Positions 1 through 11,545 of a stretch of DNA of 48,029 nt are shown here, piece by piece. Position numbers and translations under genes: made by a program. Position 1 is the first letter of the stretch. The number at the start of each line of letters is the position of its first letter. The notes under the pieces are model-generated. The model made no database searches, had not been told where the DNA came from, and saw only the letters and a program-made list of their open reading frames with translations. Source of the stretch: Malacoraja senta (lineage: Eukaryota); NCBI GenBank assembly GCA_038087875.1, contig JAXLNO010000379.1, positions 1 through 48,029 of the forward strand, read 5' to 3'.

Positions 1-92
1 ATTATAGAAGATACAATAAAATGTTGCAGGCGTGCATAACATGTTGAGCAGGACATGCCAGAGGAACACTAAGCCAATATCACTGATGGACG

Positions 93-329
93 GTACACAA
101 AAATGCTGGAGCAACTCAGCGGGTGCAGCAGCATCTATGGAGCGAAGGAAATAGGCAACGTTTCGGGCCGAAACCCTTCTTCAGACTGATAGGGGGTGGG
201 GGGAAGAAAGGAAAAAAGGAAAAAAGCGGAGGAGGAGCCCGAGGGCTGGGGGAGGAGACAACCAGAGGGCTGATGAAGGGGAGGGGACAGCAAGGGCTAG
301 CAGAATTGGGAGAATGCAATTCTCCCAAT
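93..329 (-). mobile_element. Penelope-like terminal-repeat fragment
   Basis: Shares sequence with the 40156-40845 element. 13-bp direct repeat TCACTGATGGACG at 80-92 and 330-342. Confidence 0.75.
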
Positions 330-606
330 TCACTGATGGACGACTTGTAGCAGGTGATCAGTTCCCTTTACGGATGAAGATAATGAGTTACCTGATCTTG
401 GAGAATTTAATATCGAGTGCAAATGGCCACAGTGTGCCCACGTGGAAAACAATACGTTGTTCTTCAAGCGAACATTGGCTTCACTAGAACATCAGAGGAG
501 GCTAGATATATTTAAGGGTGAAAGTCGGAGTGAGTTGGGGAATGAAAGTTGAAGGCAACTGGAAGCTGAATGCCGCTCTTGCAAACTAAATGCCCGTGTT
601 TTGCAG

Positions 607-1956
607 AGGATCTAGGGTGACAGAGGAACTGAAGGAAATTCACATTAGTCAGGAAATGGTGTTGGGTGGACTGACAGGACTAAAGGCTGATAAATCCCAG
701 GGCCTGATGGTCTACATCCCAGGGTACTCAAGGAAGTGGCTCTAGAAATTGTGGACGCATTGGTGATAATTTTCCAATGTTCTATCGATTCTGGATCAGT
801 TCCAATGGATTTTGGGGTAGCTAATGTTTTTCTACTTTTCAGGAAAGGAGGGAGAGAGAAAGCAGGGAATTATAGACCAGTTAGCCTGACATCAGTGGTG
901 GGGAAGATGCTGGAGTCAATTATCAAAGATGTAATAGCGGCTCATTTGGTTAGCAGTAACAGGATCGGTCCAAGTGGGCATGGATTTACGAAGGGGAAAT
1001 CATGCTTGACAAATCTGGCATTTTTTGAGGATGTAACAAGTAAAATGGACAAGGGAGAGCCAGTGGATGTAGTGTACCAGGATTTTTAGAGGGGCCTTTG
1101 ATTAGGTGCCACACTGGAGATTAGTGGGCAAAATTAGAGCACATGGTATTGCAGGTAGGTTGGCTGAGTGGGCAGATGCATGGCAGATGCAGTATAATGT
1201 GGATAAATGTGAGGTTATCCACTTTTGTGGCAAGAACGGGAAGGCAGATTATTATCTGAATGGTGTCAGGTTAGTGAAAGGGGAAATACAATGAGACCTG
1301 GGTTTCCTAGTACATCAGTCACTGTTCCTGCAAGTACAACAGGGAGTGAAGAAAGCTAATGGCATGTTGGCCTTCATAACAAGAGGGGTTGAGTATAGGA
1401 GCAAAGAGGTCCTTCTGCAGTTTACAGGGCCCTGGTGAGACCACACCTGGTGTATTGTGTGCAGTCTTGGCCTCTTAATTTGAGGAAGGACATTCTTGCT
1501 ATTGAGGGAGTGCAGCGTAGGTTCATGAGGTTAATTTCCGGGATGAAGGGAGTGTAAAATGAATAAATAATGGCTGGGCTTGTATTCATTGGAATTTAGA
1601 AGGATGAGAGGATATCTTCTAGAAACATAAAATTATCAAGGGGTTGGACATGCTAAATTCAGGAAACATGTTTCCAATGTTGGGAGAGTCCAAAACCAGG
1701 GGCCACAGTTTAAGAATAAGGGGTAGACCAATTAGAACTGAGATGAGGAACAACGTTTTTTCACAGAGAGTTGTAAAATTGTGGAATTCTCTGTTAGAGC
1801 TCTTAGATCTAAATAGCTAGTTTCTGCTAGTGGAATCAAGGGATATGGGGAGAAGGCAGGAACGGGGTACTGACTGTGGATGATCAGCCATGATCATATT
1901 GAATGGCAGTGCTGGTTCAAAGGGCCGAATGGCCTACTCCTGCACCTATTGTCTGT
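607..1956 (+). mobile_element. CR1 LINE, 5'-truncated, decayed, RT core deleted near 1151
   Basis: GNYRPVSLTSVVGKMLE and WQMQYNVDKCEV motifs, CR1 3' UTR. Confidence 0.9.
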
Positions 1957-2439
1957 GTATCTCTGTAGCACTCACCCAATCTGTGTTTTGTTTCTCCAGC
2001 GTGGAGGAGACCTCATGTGAACATTGAATGCAGTAAATGGGCGCTCTAAACATTTTCTTTTGCTAATTATCCAGCTCTTCTGGCCATTGGTCTGCCAATA
2101 TCAAACTTTTCCTGACTGTTATATGAGGCAATATAATTTACTACAGCCTTTTGCCTGAGCCTCCTGAATCTCTGAGTGTCCTTCACGGATAACCTACCAC
2201 GATCCAAGACTGACCTTAAATGCGGAATCCAGTTCTGTTTGATCGGGGAAAGTCTGCTCAAATTTAAGTTGGATGCAATGTTTGCTCCCTGGGATCATGG
2301 TAATTTTTCTACCATCCACATATCGAAAAGACATTATCTAACCATTATTGTTGAGGCAAAAGAGACTGCAGATGCTGTGTAATACTGAGCAAGACTCCAG
2401 TGCTAGAGTTATTTAGTGGCAGTATCCATAGAGGGAATG

Positions 2440-3068
2440 GACAAACAGCCTGAAGAAGGGTCTTGACCCGAAACGTCACCCATTCCTTCTCTCCAGAGAT
2501 GCTGCCTGTCCCGCTGAGTTACTCCAGCATTTTGTGTCTACCGACTGAGAATGGATGCAGACTGGGCAATTGTCTCACTGAATACCTATGTCAGTCGGCC
2601 TTGGCCTACGTGATCTACCGGTTACCAAATATTCGAACTCCTTTTCATTCCCATACTGATCTTTCTGTCCTGGGGGTCCTCCATTGTCAGAGTGAAGTCA
2701 CACGCAAATTGGAGGAACAGCACCTCATATTTTGCTTGGGCAGCTTACAACCCAGCGGTATGAATGTTGATTTCTCCAATTTGAAATAACCCTTGCATTC
2801 CCTCTCTCTCTGCTCCTCCCCCACCCTAGTCCTGCATGTACCACTGTTGGGATCCATATACCACTTTGTTATCATCTCTTCCACAGCCAACAATGGACCA
2901 TTGTGGGCTCCACCTTTCCTTGGTCATCAATGCTGACTCTGGACTGCTCTGAACCTTTTCATACCTCCAGTATCCCTCTCCCCTGGCTCTCGGTCTGAAG
3001 AAGGGTTTTGACCGGAAACATCACTTATTCCTATTCTCCAGAGATGCTGCCAGACCCGCTGAGTTACT
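2440..3068 (+). mobile_element. Penelope-like element fragment, GIY-YIG C-terminus between tandem terminal repeats
   Basis: HSHTDLSVLGVLHCQSEVTRKLEEQHLIFCLGSLQPSGMNVDFSN; terminal motif CTGAAGAAGGG..GAAAC at 2450 and about 2995. Confidence 0.8.
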
Positions 3069-3579
3069 ATTGGTTTGGGTCAGGACTCTTCTTCTGACTG
3101 ATGGAAAAAGGTCCTGACCAGATTTGTCACCTGTCCATTCCCTCTACAGTTGCTGCCTTGATTAGTGGTGTGTCAGGGGTTATGTGGAGAAGGCATGAGA
3201 ATGGGATGGGAGGGAGAGATAGATCAGACATGATTGAATGTTGAGTAGATGTAATGGGCCGAAAGGCCTCATTCTGCTCCTATCACTTATGAACTATGAA
3301 TTTGACCCGCTGAATCATCCAGCTCTGCATTATTGACGAAGTTTGTTGGGTACAAGAAGGAACTGTGGATGCTGGTTTAAACCAAAGAAGTTTCTTCGGT
3401 ATGAAGAAGGGTCTCGACCCGAAACGTCACCCATTCCTTCTCTCCAGAGATGAGTTTACTCCAGCATACTGTGTCTATTTGTTGGTACAAATCGGTTTCC
3501 CCTCTTCTTCCATTATAACTGCAAATGTTTCATTGTATATTGCAGTGTCCTAATAAATAAATAAAACGTGCCAGTTAAT

Positions 3580-4681
3580 CTTTAGTTGACCATGGACTCC
3601 ACAGTCAAAAAAGCACAACAGAGGATGTACTTCCTGCGGCAGCTGAGGAAGCACAATCTGCCCCCAGGCAATGATGGTCCAATTCTACACGGCCATCGTA
3701 GAGTCTCTCACCTTCTCCATCATGGTCTGGTTTGGCTCAGCCACCAAGCACGACACCTGGAGGCTGCAGCGAATCGTCCGATCAGCAGAGAAGGTTATTG
3801 GCTGCAACCTTCCCTCCATTGATGAACTGTACACTGCAAGGGCCAGGAAGCGAGCGGGCAAGATCATCTCTGACCCCTCTCACCCTAGCCACAAACTCTT
3901 TGATTCACTTCCCTCTGGAAGGCAACTCCGGACTGTCAAAGCTGCCACAGCCAGACACAAAAACAGTTTTTATCCACGAGTAGTTGCTCTACTCAACAGC
4001 CAAAAATCTGTAGCCTCCCTTTAATCTGGTATTTTGTTGGTTCACATGCTTGATCAATGGTGCTTCATCATTAATGTTTTATTATTATTAATGTTTAGTG
4101 TTTTCTGAGTCGTTCTGTCACTGTATGTCATGTTGTTACTTGTGGGCGGAGCACCAAGGCAAATTCCTGGGATGTCAGGACTTTCATGTGAAGAAAGACT
4201 GGATAGACTCGGCTTGTACTCGATAGAATTTAGAAGATTGAAGGGGGATCATATAGAAACTTTCAAAATTCTTAAGGGGTTGGACAGGCTAGATGCAGGA
4301 AGATTGTTCCCGATGTTGGGGGAGTCCAGGACAAGGGGTCACAGTTTAAGGATAAAGGGGAAATCTTTTAGGACCGAGATGAGAAAAACATTTTTCACAC
4401 AGAGAGTGGTGAATCTGTGGAATTCTCTGCCACAGAAGGTAGTTGAGGCCAGTTCATTGGCTATATTTAAGAGGGAGTTAGATGTGGCCCTTGTGGCTAA
4501 AGGGATCAGGGGGTATGGAGAGAAGGCAGGTACAGGATAATGAGTTGGATGATCAGCCATGATCATATTGAATGGCGGTGCAGGCTGGAAGGGCCGAATG
4601 GCCCACTCCTGCACCTATTTTCTATGTATCTATGTTTCCTTGTGTGTGAATACTTGGCCAATAAACTTACTTACTTACTTA
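3580..4681 (+). mobile_element. Rex1/Babar LINE 3' end, interrupted by a CR1
   Basis: KKAQQRMYFLRQLRK...DPSHP...LPSGR...RHKNSFYP; 3' UTR resumes after the CR1 and ends in AATAAA(CTTA)n. Confidence 0.8.
4163..4637 (+). mobile_element. CR1 LINE 3' fragment nested in the Rex/Babar 3' UTR
   Basis: Near-identical to 8123-8600; TTCCT at both junctions. Confidence 0.9.
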
Positions 4682-4859
4682 ATTGTGGCGCTGTTTACTG
4701 TGTCTGTTACTGTATTTGTATTTGCAGCAAGGATGCATCTTTTGATCCATTCAAGTTATCCTGCGTGTTGTGGTGTCACAGTGGATTTCACACTCGGGTG
4801 TAAGGTATGCGGAGTGATAAATAAACTCAAGACCATGATATCCACAACATGATAGGAGG

Positions 4860-5125
4860 GAGAAGGAAGGAAGGGGGAATTCCCAACGAAAGACACAGGG
4901 TGGACAAGTGAGTGGAAGGCACCGCTCGACGTGGGGCGCTGTTGGTTGTATCTTCCTTGTTGGCAGCTGCTCGTTTTTGCCCGCAGTTACCAGAGGCTCA
5001 GTCGCTCCGGACCCGGGTTTGACGCTGCGAGACCCAGACTCCGGGGAGGGGGGACATCGCCTCGCTTTGCCGGCTGAGAAAACGACTTGAGAGGCGAGAG
5101 CAGCCCGCTGTGGGCTGCACAAACG
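4860..5125 (+). promoter_or_regulatory. Candidate NOD1 promoter and non-coding first exon
   Basis: CpG-rich island with no recognisable repeat, GGGAATTCCC (NF-kB) at 4875-4884, and a donor-like ACG/gtaaag at 5125/5126. The link to NOD1 is inferred. Confidence 0.5.
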
Positions 5126-5159
5126 GTAAAGGGGCAAGAGCAGAGAGGGAAGGAAGCGC

Positions 5160-5222
5160 GTTGAGTTGAGTTAAGTTGAGTTAAGTTGAGTTGAGTTGAG
5201 TTGAGTTGAATTGAGTTGAGTT
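5160..5222. repeat. (GTTGA)n pentanucleotide repeat
   Basis: Directly visible tandem array. Confidence 0.9.
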
Positions 5223-6149
5223 GCGTTTATTGATACAGTGAGTGTGTGTGGAAACTTCGGTCCACCCACCCAGTCCACTCCAGCTCCATCCTCCATGTCA
5301 TCCCACTTTCTCATCCACTCCCCTACACAGTTAGGGGGGCTATTTTACAGGGGGGGGGGTGGGGAGGGGGGACAATTGAACCGAAAAAGCCTGGAGGTCT
5401 TTGGGATGCGGCAGAAAACTGGAGCACCCGGAGGAAACCCACACACTACAGTAGCAAGGAGAACGTGGAAACTTCACACGGGACAGCAGCCGCGGTCAGG
5501 ATCGAACCTGCATCTTTGGCGCAGCTCTGCCAGTTGCACCACTATCTATGCTGCCCTTCCTGAGAGATATCAGAGTCCAGAGTCAGGGATGTGTGGGGTG
5601 CCCCTGCCCGGGTGAGTGGGACTGTACCTGGGTGCAGGGTAAGGAATGGTTTGCGTATGCCCAGGAGATGTGGGTGTGTGTGGGTGTGTGTGTGGGTGTG
5701 TGTTCGGGGGAGCTGGGGTCGGGTGTATGTGCTGGAGGGAAGGGTGTATATGCGTGCTGGGTGGGAGGTGTTGGGAGTATGTGTGCTGGTGAGGGACTTG
5801 GGGTGACTGTAGGGAATGAACCTTCTGAAACCTTCTGAATTTGTAGTCGGCAGGGCAGTACTCTGCATATTGGGGGGGTATATCGGGGGCAATGGGGGTT
5901 ATGTGATCATTGAGGGGCTGGCTGGTGGTGAGGGGGGATGAATGTATGAGCTGATGGGTCAGGTGTGGGGTCAATAACTTGTGCCCAGGGTGTGGAGGTG
6001 GCAACACCCCAGACCAGAGTCGTGGACTGTGGAGTGATCGAGGGATATAGTTCAGAGATAGACACTTCGGCCCACCTTGTCCACGCCGATCAAATGGGCA
6101 AATTGGTCTAATTTGGCCCATATCCTTCCAAACCCTTCCTATCCATATA

Positions 6150-6320
6150 TAGAAACATAGAGACGTAGAAAATAGGTGCAGGAGGAGGCCATTCGGTCTA
6201 TCGAGCCAGCACCGCCATTCATTGTGATCATGGCTGATCATCCCCAATCAATAACCCGTGCCTGCCTTCTCCCCATATCCCTTGGTTCCACTAGCCCCTA
6301 GAGCTCTATCTAACTCTCTC
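6150..6320 (-). mobile_element. Short CR1 3' end
   Basis: Reverse complement of the 20690-20850 tail with (CATAGAAA) repeats. Confidence 0.85.
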
Positions 6321-7136
6321 TATCTGTCCAAATGTCTTTCAAAAGTTGTAATTGTATCTGTTTCTGAAATTTCCTCTCGCGGCTCATTCAGGATACAGAC
6401 TGCCTTCTGAGTGAAATAAGTGTGCCTGAGGTCTCTCAAGTTTCTCCTGTTTCAGCTTAAGCCTGCGTCTTCTATTTTTGGAATCCTTAACTGGGGAAGT
6501 TCACTCCATCCATGTCCATGTCACGATCTTGTACATCTCACCAAGGTCACAATTTGGCCTTCTATTTGCCAAATATAAAGGTCCAAGCCTTTCCCTATAA
6601 CTCAAGCCCACAAGTGCAGGTAGCATTCTGGTGTCTATTTTCCACATCATTACCAACAATGACAGTTAGACAGGTACATAGATAGATAAGAGGTTTAGCG
6701 AGATATGGCCAAATGCAGGCAGGTGGGACATGTTGTGCAAATGCAGTGTAGCTGAGACATGTTGGCCGGTATGGGCAAGTTGGGCTGGAGATGCTGCATG
6801 ACTCTACGACATCCTTACTTTTTCTAGGTGGCCAGAACTGCACACAGTACTCCTCCATTTGTTGTTTTACCAACAATTTATAGAGCTGCATCATGATGCT
6901 TCAACTTCTGTACTCAGTAGCCTTCTCAATGAAGGCAAGCCTGCCAAATGTTTTCTTCACCACCCTGTTGCCTTACTTACTAGTTTTAGCGAATTGTGCA
7001 TTTGTATTCATAGATCTCCCTGTTCCACAACACCTTCTAGGCCTCCTCCATTTACTGTGCAAATCCTGCCCTAGTTTGACATACCAAACCTCATACTTGT
7101 CAGAATTATATTTCATCTGCCATTCTTTGGCCCATC

Positions 7137-8610
7137 TTGCTAGCTAATGTAACCCCACTTTTTAAAAAGGGAGGGAGAGAGAAAACGGGGAATTACAGAC
7201 CAGTTAGTCTAATATCGGTAGTGGGGAAACTGCTAGAATCAGTTATTAAAGATGGGATAGCAGCACATTTGGAAAGTGGTGAAATCATTGGACAAAGTCA
7301 GCATGGATTTATGAAAGATAAATCATGTCTGACGAATCTTATAGAATTTTTCGAGGATGTAACTAGTAGAGTGGATAAGGGAGAACCAGTGGATGTGTTA
7401 TATCTGGACTTTCAGAAGGCTTTCGACAAGGTCCCACATAAAAGATTAATATACAAACTTAAAGCACACGGTATTGGGGGTTCAGTATTGATGTGGATAG
7501 AGAACTGGCTGGCAGACAGGAAGCAAAGAGTAGGAGTAAACGGGTCCTTTTCAGAATGGCAGGCAGTGACTAGTGGGGTACCGCAAGGCTCAGTGCTGGG
7601 ACCCCAGCTATTTACGATATATATTAATGATTTGGACGAGGGAATTGAATGCAACATCTCCAAGTTTGCGGATGACACAAAGCTGGGGGGCAGTGTTAGC
7701 TGTGAGGAGGATGCTCGGAGGCTGCAAGGTGACTTGGATAGGCTGGGTGAGTGGGCAAATGCATGGCAGATGCAGTATAATGTGGATAAATGTGAGGTTA
7801 TCCACTTTGGTGGCAAAAACAGGAAAGTAGACTATTATCTGAATGGTGGCCGATTAGGAAAAGGGGAGATGCAGCGAGACCTGGGTGTCATGGTACACCA
7901 GTCATTGAAAGTAGGCATGCAGGTGCAGCAGGCAGTGAAGAAAGCAAATGGTATGTTAGCATTCATAGTAAAAGGATTTGAGTATAGGAGCAGGGAGGTT
8001 CTACTGCAGTTGTACAGGGTCTTGGTGAGACCACACCTGGAGTATTGCGTACAGTTTTGGTCTCCTAATCTGAGGAAAGACATTCTTGCCATAGAGGGAG
8101 TACAGAGAAGGTTCACCAGACTGATTCCTGGGATGTCAGGACTTTCATATGAAGAAAGACTGGATAGACTCGGTTTGTACTCGCTAGAATTTAGAAGATT
8201 GAGGGGGGATCTGATAGAAACGTACAAAATTCTTAAGGGGTTGGATAGGCTAGATGCAGGAAGATTGTTCCCGATGTTGGGGAAGTCCAGAACAAGGGGG
8301 TCACAGTTTAAGGATAAGGGGGAAATCTTTTAGGACTGAGATGAGCAAAACATTTTTCACACAGAGAGTGGTGAATCTCTGGAATTCCCTGCCACAGAAA
8401 GTAGTTGAGGCCAGTTCATTGGCTATATTTAAGAGGGAGTTAGATGTGGCCCTTGTGGCTAAAGGGATCAGGGGGTATGGAGAGAAAGCAGGTACAGGAT
8501 ACTGAGTTGGATGATCAGCCATGATCATATTGAATGGCGGTGCAGGCTCGAAGGGCCGAATGGCCTACTCCTGCACCTATTTTCTATGTTTCTATGTTTC
8601 TATGTTTCTA
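7137..8610 (+). mobile_element. Young CR1 LINE, 5'-truncated, RT domain open for 398 codons
   Basis: YLDFQKAFDKV, SGVPQGSVLGPQLF and KFADD motifs; one frameshift in a G run near 8295; (TTTCTATG)n tail. Confidence 0.95.
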
Positions 8611-8647
8611 ATCTAGATGGTGCTGTAAACTTGGATATCCGTCCATG

Positions 8648-9080
8648 CTGAAGATAGACACAAATTGCTGGAGTAACTCAGTGGGTCAGGCAGCATCTCT
8701 GGAGAAAAGGAATATGTGATGTTTCAGGTCAAGACTCTTCTTCAGACTGAGAGTCAGGGAAAGGGAAACGAGAGATATAGAAGGTAAATAGAACAAATGA
8801 ATGAAAGATATGCAAAATGCAACAGAAAGGTGGAGCCCACAATGGTGCAATGGTGATAACAAGTTATACAGACAGGGAAACTCAACAGGCCAATAGTGAA
8901 ACTAATATGATGACTAGGGTGGGGGAAGGACGGAGAGATAGGGGATATAAGGGTTATTTGAAGTTAGAGAAACCAAGATTCATATCGCTGGGTTGTAAGT
9001 TGCCCAAGCGAAATATGAGGAGCTGTTCCTCCAATTTGGGTTTGGCCTCACTTTGACAATGGAGAAAGCCCAGGACAGAA
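8648..9080 (-). mobile_element. Penelope-like 3' fragment
   Basis: Antisense of the KLEEQ..IFRLG.LQPS.MN segment plus terminal repeat. Confidence 0.75.
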
Positions 9081-9303
9081 CCCAAGCCACCCTCTCACCA
9101 GGTACTTTCCCTTAAAGTTCCTCCTCTTAGTTCCTTCAACAAAGATAATCTGTTCCACGTCTTTTCATTTCGCTTTTTATACGCAGAATGGTAAAGGGAA
9201 AATGCAAAAAAAAAACAGATGGTGATTAGTCCACACCTCACTATTGTGCTAAGATAAACTGAGAGGCAGGACATATTTCGATCACAGTACCCTTAATGAC
9301 TTG

Positions 9304-9464
9304 TGTAGGAAGGAACTGCAGATGCTGGTTTAAACCAAAGATAGACTCAAAAAGCTGGAGTAACTCAGCGGGTCAGGCAGCATCTTTGGAGAAAAGGAAT
9401 AGGTGAAGTCTCTCCAGAGATGCTGTCTGGCCCGCTGAGTTACTCCAGCTTTTTGTGTCTACCG
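9304..9464. mobile_element. Penelope-derived fold-back mini-element
   Basis: Inverted arms; 11-bp direct repeat TTAATGACTTG at 9293-9303 and 9465-9475. Confidence 0.8.
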
Positions 9465-10214
9465 TTAATGACTTGATGCTATACCATTTACTGGCTAATA
9501 ATGCTATAAATGAGTTTTCCACCCAGACTGCATTCTTTTCTTTGAGTCTGTTCCAACAGATTTGGTGAGGGGTCAACATTCACAGGCCATTTGGATGCTA
9601 ATGAATGCTACTCACTTGCGATGGTGGGTGGCCTGCTGAAATAGAGGTCAAAGATACTTGCGCTGTAGAAGAACAAGCGAGTTGCCCTCTGTATTTTGTC
9701 CAATATTTATCCTGGCTCTGCTGAAACTAATCATTTGATTCTTATCAGATATTTGTGGTTACCTGTGAGTTCTTGCTGCTTTAGCTGGCATGTTTACAGG
9801 TGACTGAATGGGTCTGGCAGGAAAGAGCTTTGGGATATATTTGAGTCTGAGGAAGGGTCTCGACCCGAAACGTCGCTGAGTTTCTCCAGCATTTTCCTCT
9901 ACGTGGGATATATTTGGTATCGTGAAAGGTTTTGATCCATGATGACTGACTTACAGTTTCTGAAGCTACTGTCATGTATAACTATATCAGTAAGGTATTA
10001 AGAGTTAAACACAAGGTAAAGTCATGAGTTGGCCAGGTCTTTAGCGACAAATTAGATTTTTACAAGTCTAAAATCCTTCAAGCTTAGACCACAACTCATA
10101 ACGTTTTTATTTCAGTTTGTACTCTCAACTTCAGCATTTTCTGTATCATTTCATAACCCCAGACTGAAAGTATGCTTACGACTATATTATCTATTGTAGA
10201 ACTCATCTATTGTC

Positions 10215-10513
10215 AGGTGGCACAGTGGTGCAGCGGCAGAGTTGCTGCCTTGCGGTGCCTGAGACCTGGGTTCGATCCCAGGCGACGGCTGCTGTCCGTC
10301 TGGAGTTTGTACATTCTCCCCGTGACCGTGTGTGTTTTCTCCGGGTGCCTCGATTTCATCTCACATTCAAAAGAAACATGCAGGGTTGTAGGTTAATTGG
10401 CTTCTATAGATTGTCCATAGTGTGTCGGATGGAACAAGTGTACGGGTGATTACTGGTTGGCCCGGACTCCGTAGGTTAAAGGGCCTGTTTCCATCCTGTA
10501 ACTAAACTAAACT
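10215..10513 (+). mobile_element. tRNA-derived V-SINE (HE1-like)
   Basis: A box TGGTGCAGCGG, B box GGTTCGATCCC, V-domain GGAGTTTGTACATTCTCCCCGTG, (CTAAA)n tail. Confidence 0.85.
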
Positions 10514-10537
10514 TGAGTAAAACACATTTATATAAGC

Positions 10538-10684
10538 TACACAAAAATGCTGGAGAAACTCAGCGGGTGCAGCAGCATCTATGGAGCGAAGGCTCCTTCG
10601 CTCCATAGATGCTGCTGCACCCGCTGAGTTTCTCCAGCATTTTTGTGTACCTTCGATTTTCCAGCATCTGCAGTTCCTTCTTTA
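10538..10684. mobile_element. Penelope-derived perfect hairpin mini-element
   Basis: 55-bp perfect arms (10538-10592 and 10595-10649); 14-bp direct repeat ACATTTATATAAGC on both sides. Confidence 0.85.
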
Positions 10685-11059
10685 ACATTTATATAAGCAA
10701 CCATTTGATGCCTGATTAAAAGTCAGTGGCTTTTTATTGGAATGAGATTGATTGTTAAAAGTTAATTAAATCAAGGACTAATAGAAAATACAGATTGTTA
10801 AGACTTTGCGCGTCTATTGCATGAAGAAATTAAAGAGGAAATACACTCGTTGTAAAGGAAGTATCATATTGCTTTATCGTGTGGGTGGAACAGGCTTTGC
10901 TGATTCAAATACTTTGCCAGTAGATTCTCACAGAGGGATACTTAGACATGGAAATAGTTTCTTATTTTGCAATCAATAGCATTCTTCACATTTTCCACAC
11001 ATCTAAACCAGAATTTTATGCTCGGTGTACTGAAATCATTTCCCCCTCACAAAGTTGAC

Positions 11060-11545
11060 TCTAGGCTAGGATTCTATTCCTTGGAGTGCAGGAGGATGTG
11101 GGGTGATCTTCTAGGCGTGTACACATTCATGAGATGAATAGATTGGGTAGATGCACAGAGTCTCTTGCCCAGAGTAGGGGAATCAAGAACCAGAGGACAT
11201 AGGTTTAAGGTGAGGGAGGAAAGATTTCGTCAGGTTATGTCTCAGCTTCCTATTAAATAGAAACATAGAAACATTTCTATGTTTCTATGTTTCTATTTAA
11301 TAGGAACCTGAGGCATGATTTTTTCACACAAAGGGTGGTGTGTGAATGGAACGAGCTGCCAGTTGAGGCAGGTACTATTGCAACGTTTAATAAACTTGTA
11401 GACAGGTACATGGATAGGACAGTTTTAGAGGGAAATGGGCCAAACCCATGCAGGTGGGACGAGTGTAGATGGAACATGTTGGCCGGTATAGGCTAGTCGG
11501 GCCGAAGGGCCTGTTTTCACACTGTAAGACTCTATGACTCTAAAG
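11060..11545 (+). mobile_element. Older CR1 subfamily 3' fragment
   Basis: FFTQRVV..WNELP motif and CR1-type tail. Confidence 0.8.

Noticed and set aside
5570..6247. 225-aa His/Pro/Thr-rich ORF and other GC-rich ORFs (17879-18526, 35682-36539, 37316-37870)
   Set aside because: Chance open frames across low-complexity GT-rich DNA and MITE interiors.
7137..8333. 398-aa reverse transcriptase ORF as a retron, group II intron or domesticated gene
   Set aside because: It is a 5'-truncated CR1 ORF2 with near-identical 3' copies across the window and a frameshift near 8295.
10215..10290. tRNA genes at A/B-box sequences (also 17803 and 47370)
   Set aside because: They continue into the V-SINE body and tail and do not form a full cloverleaf.
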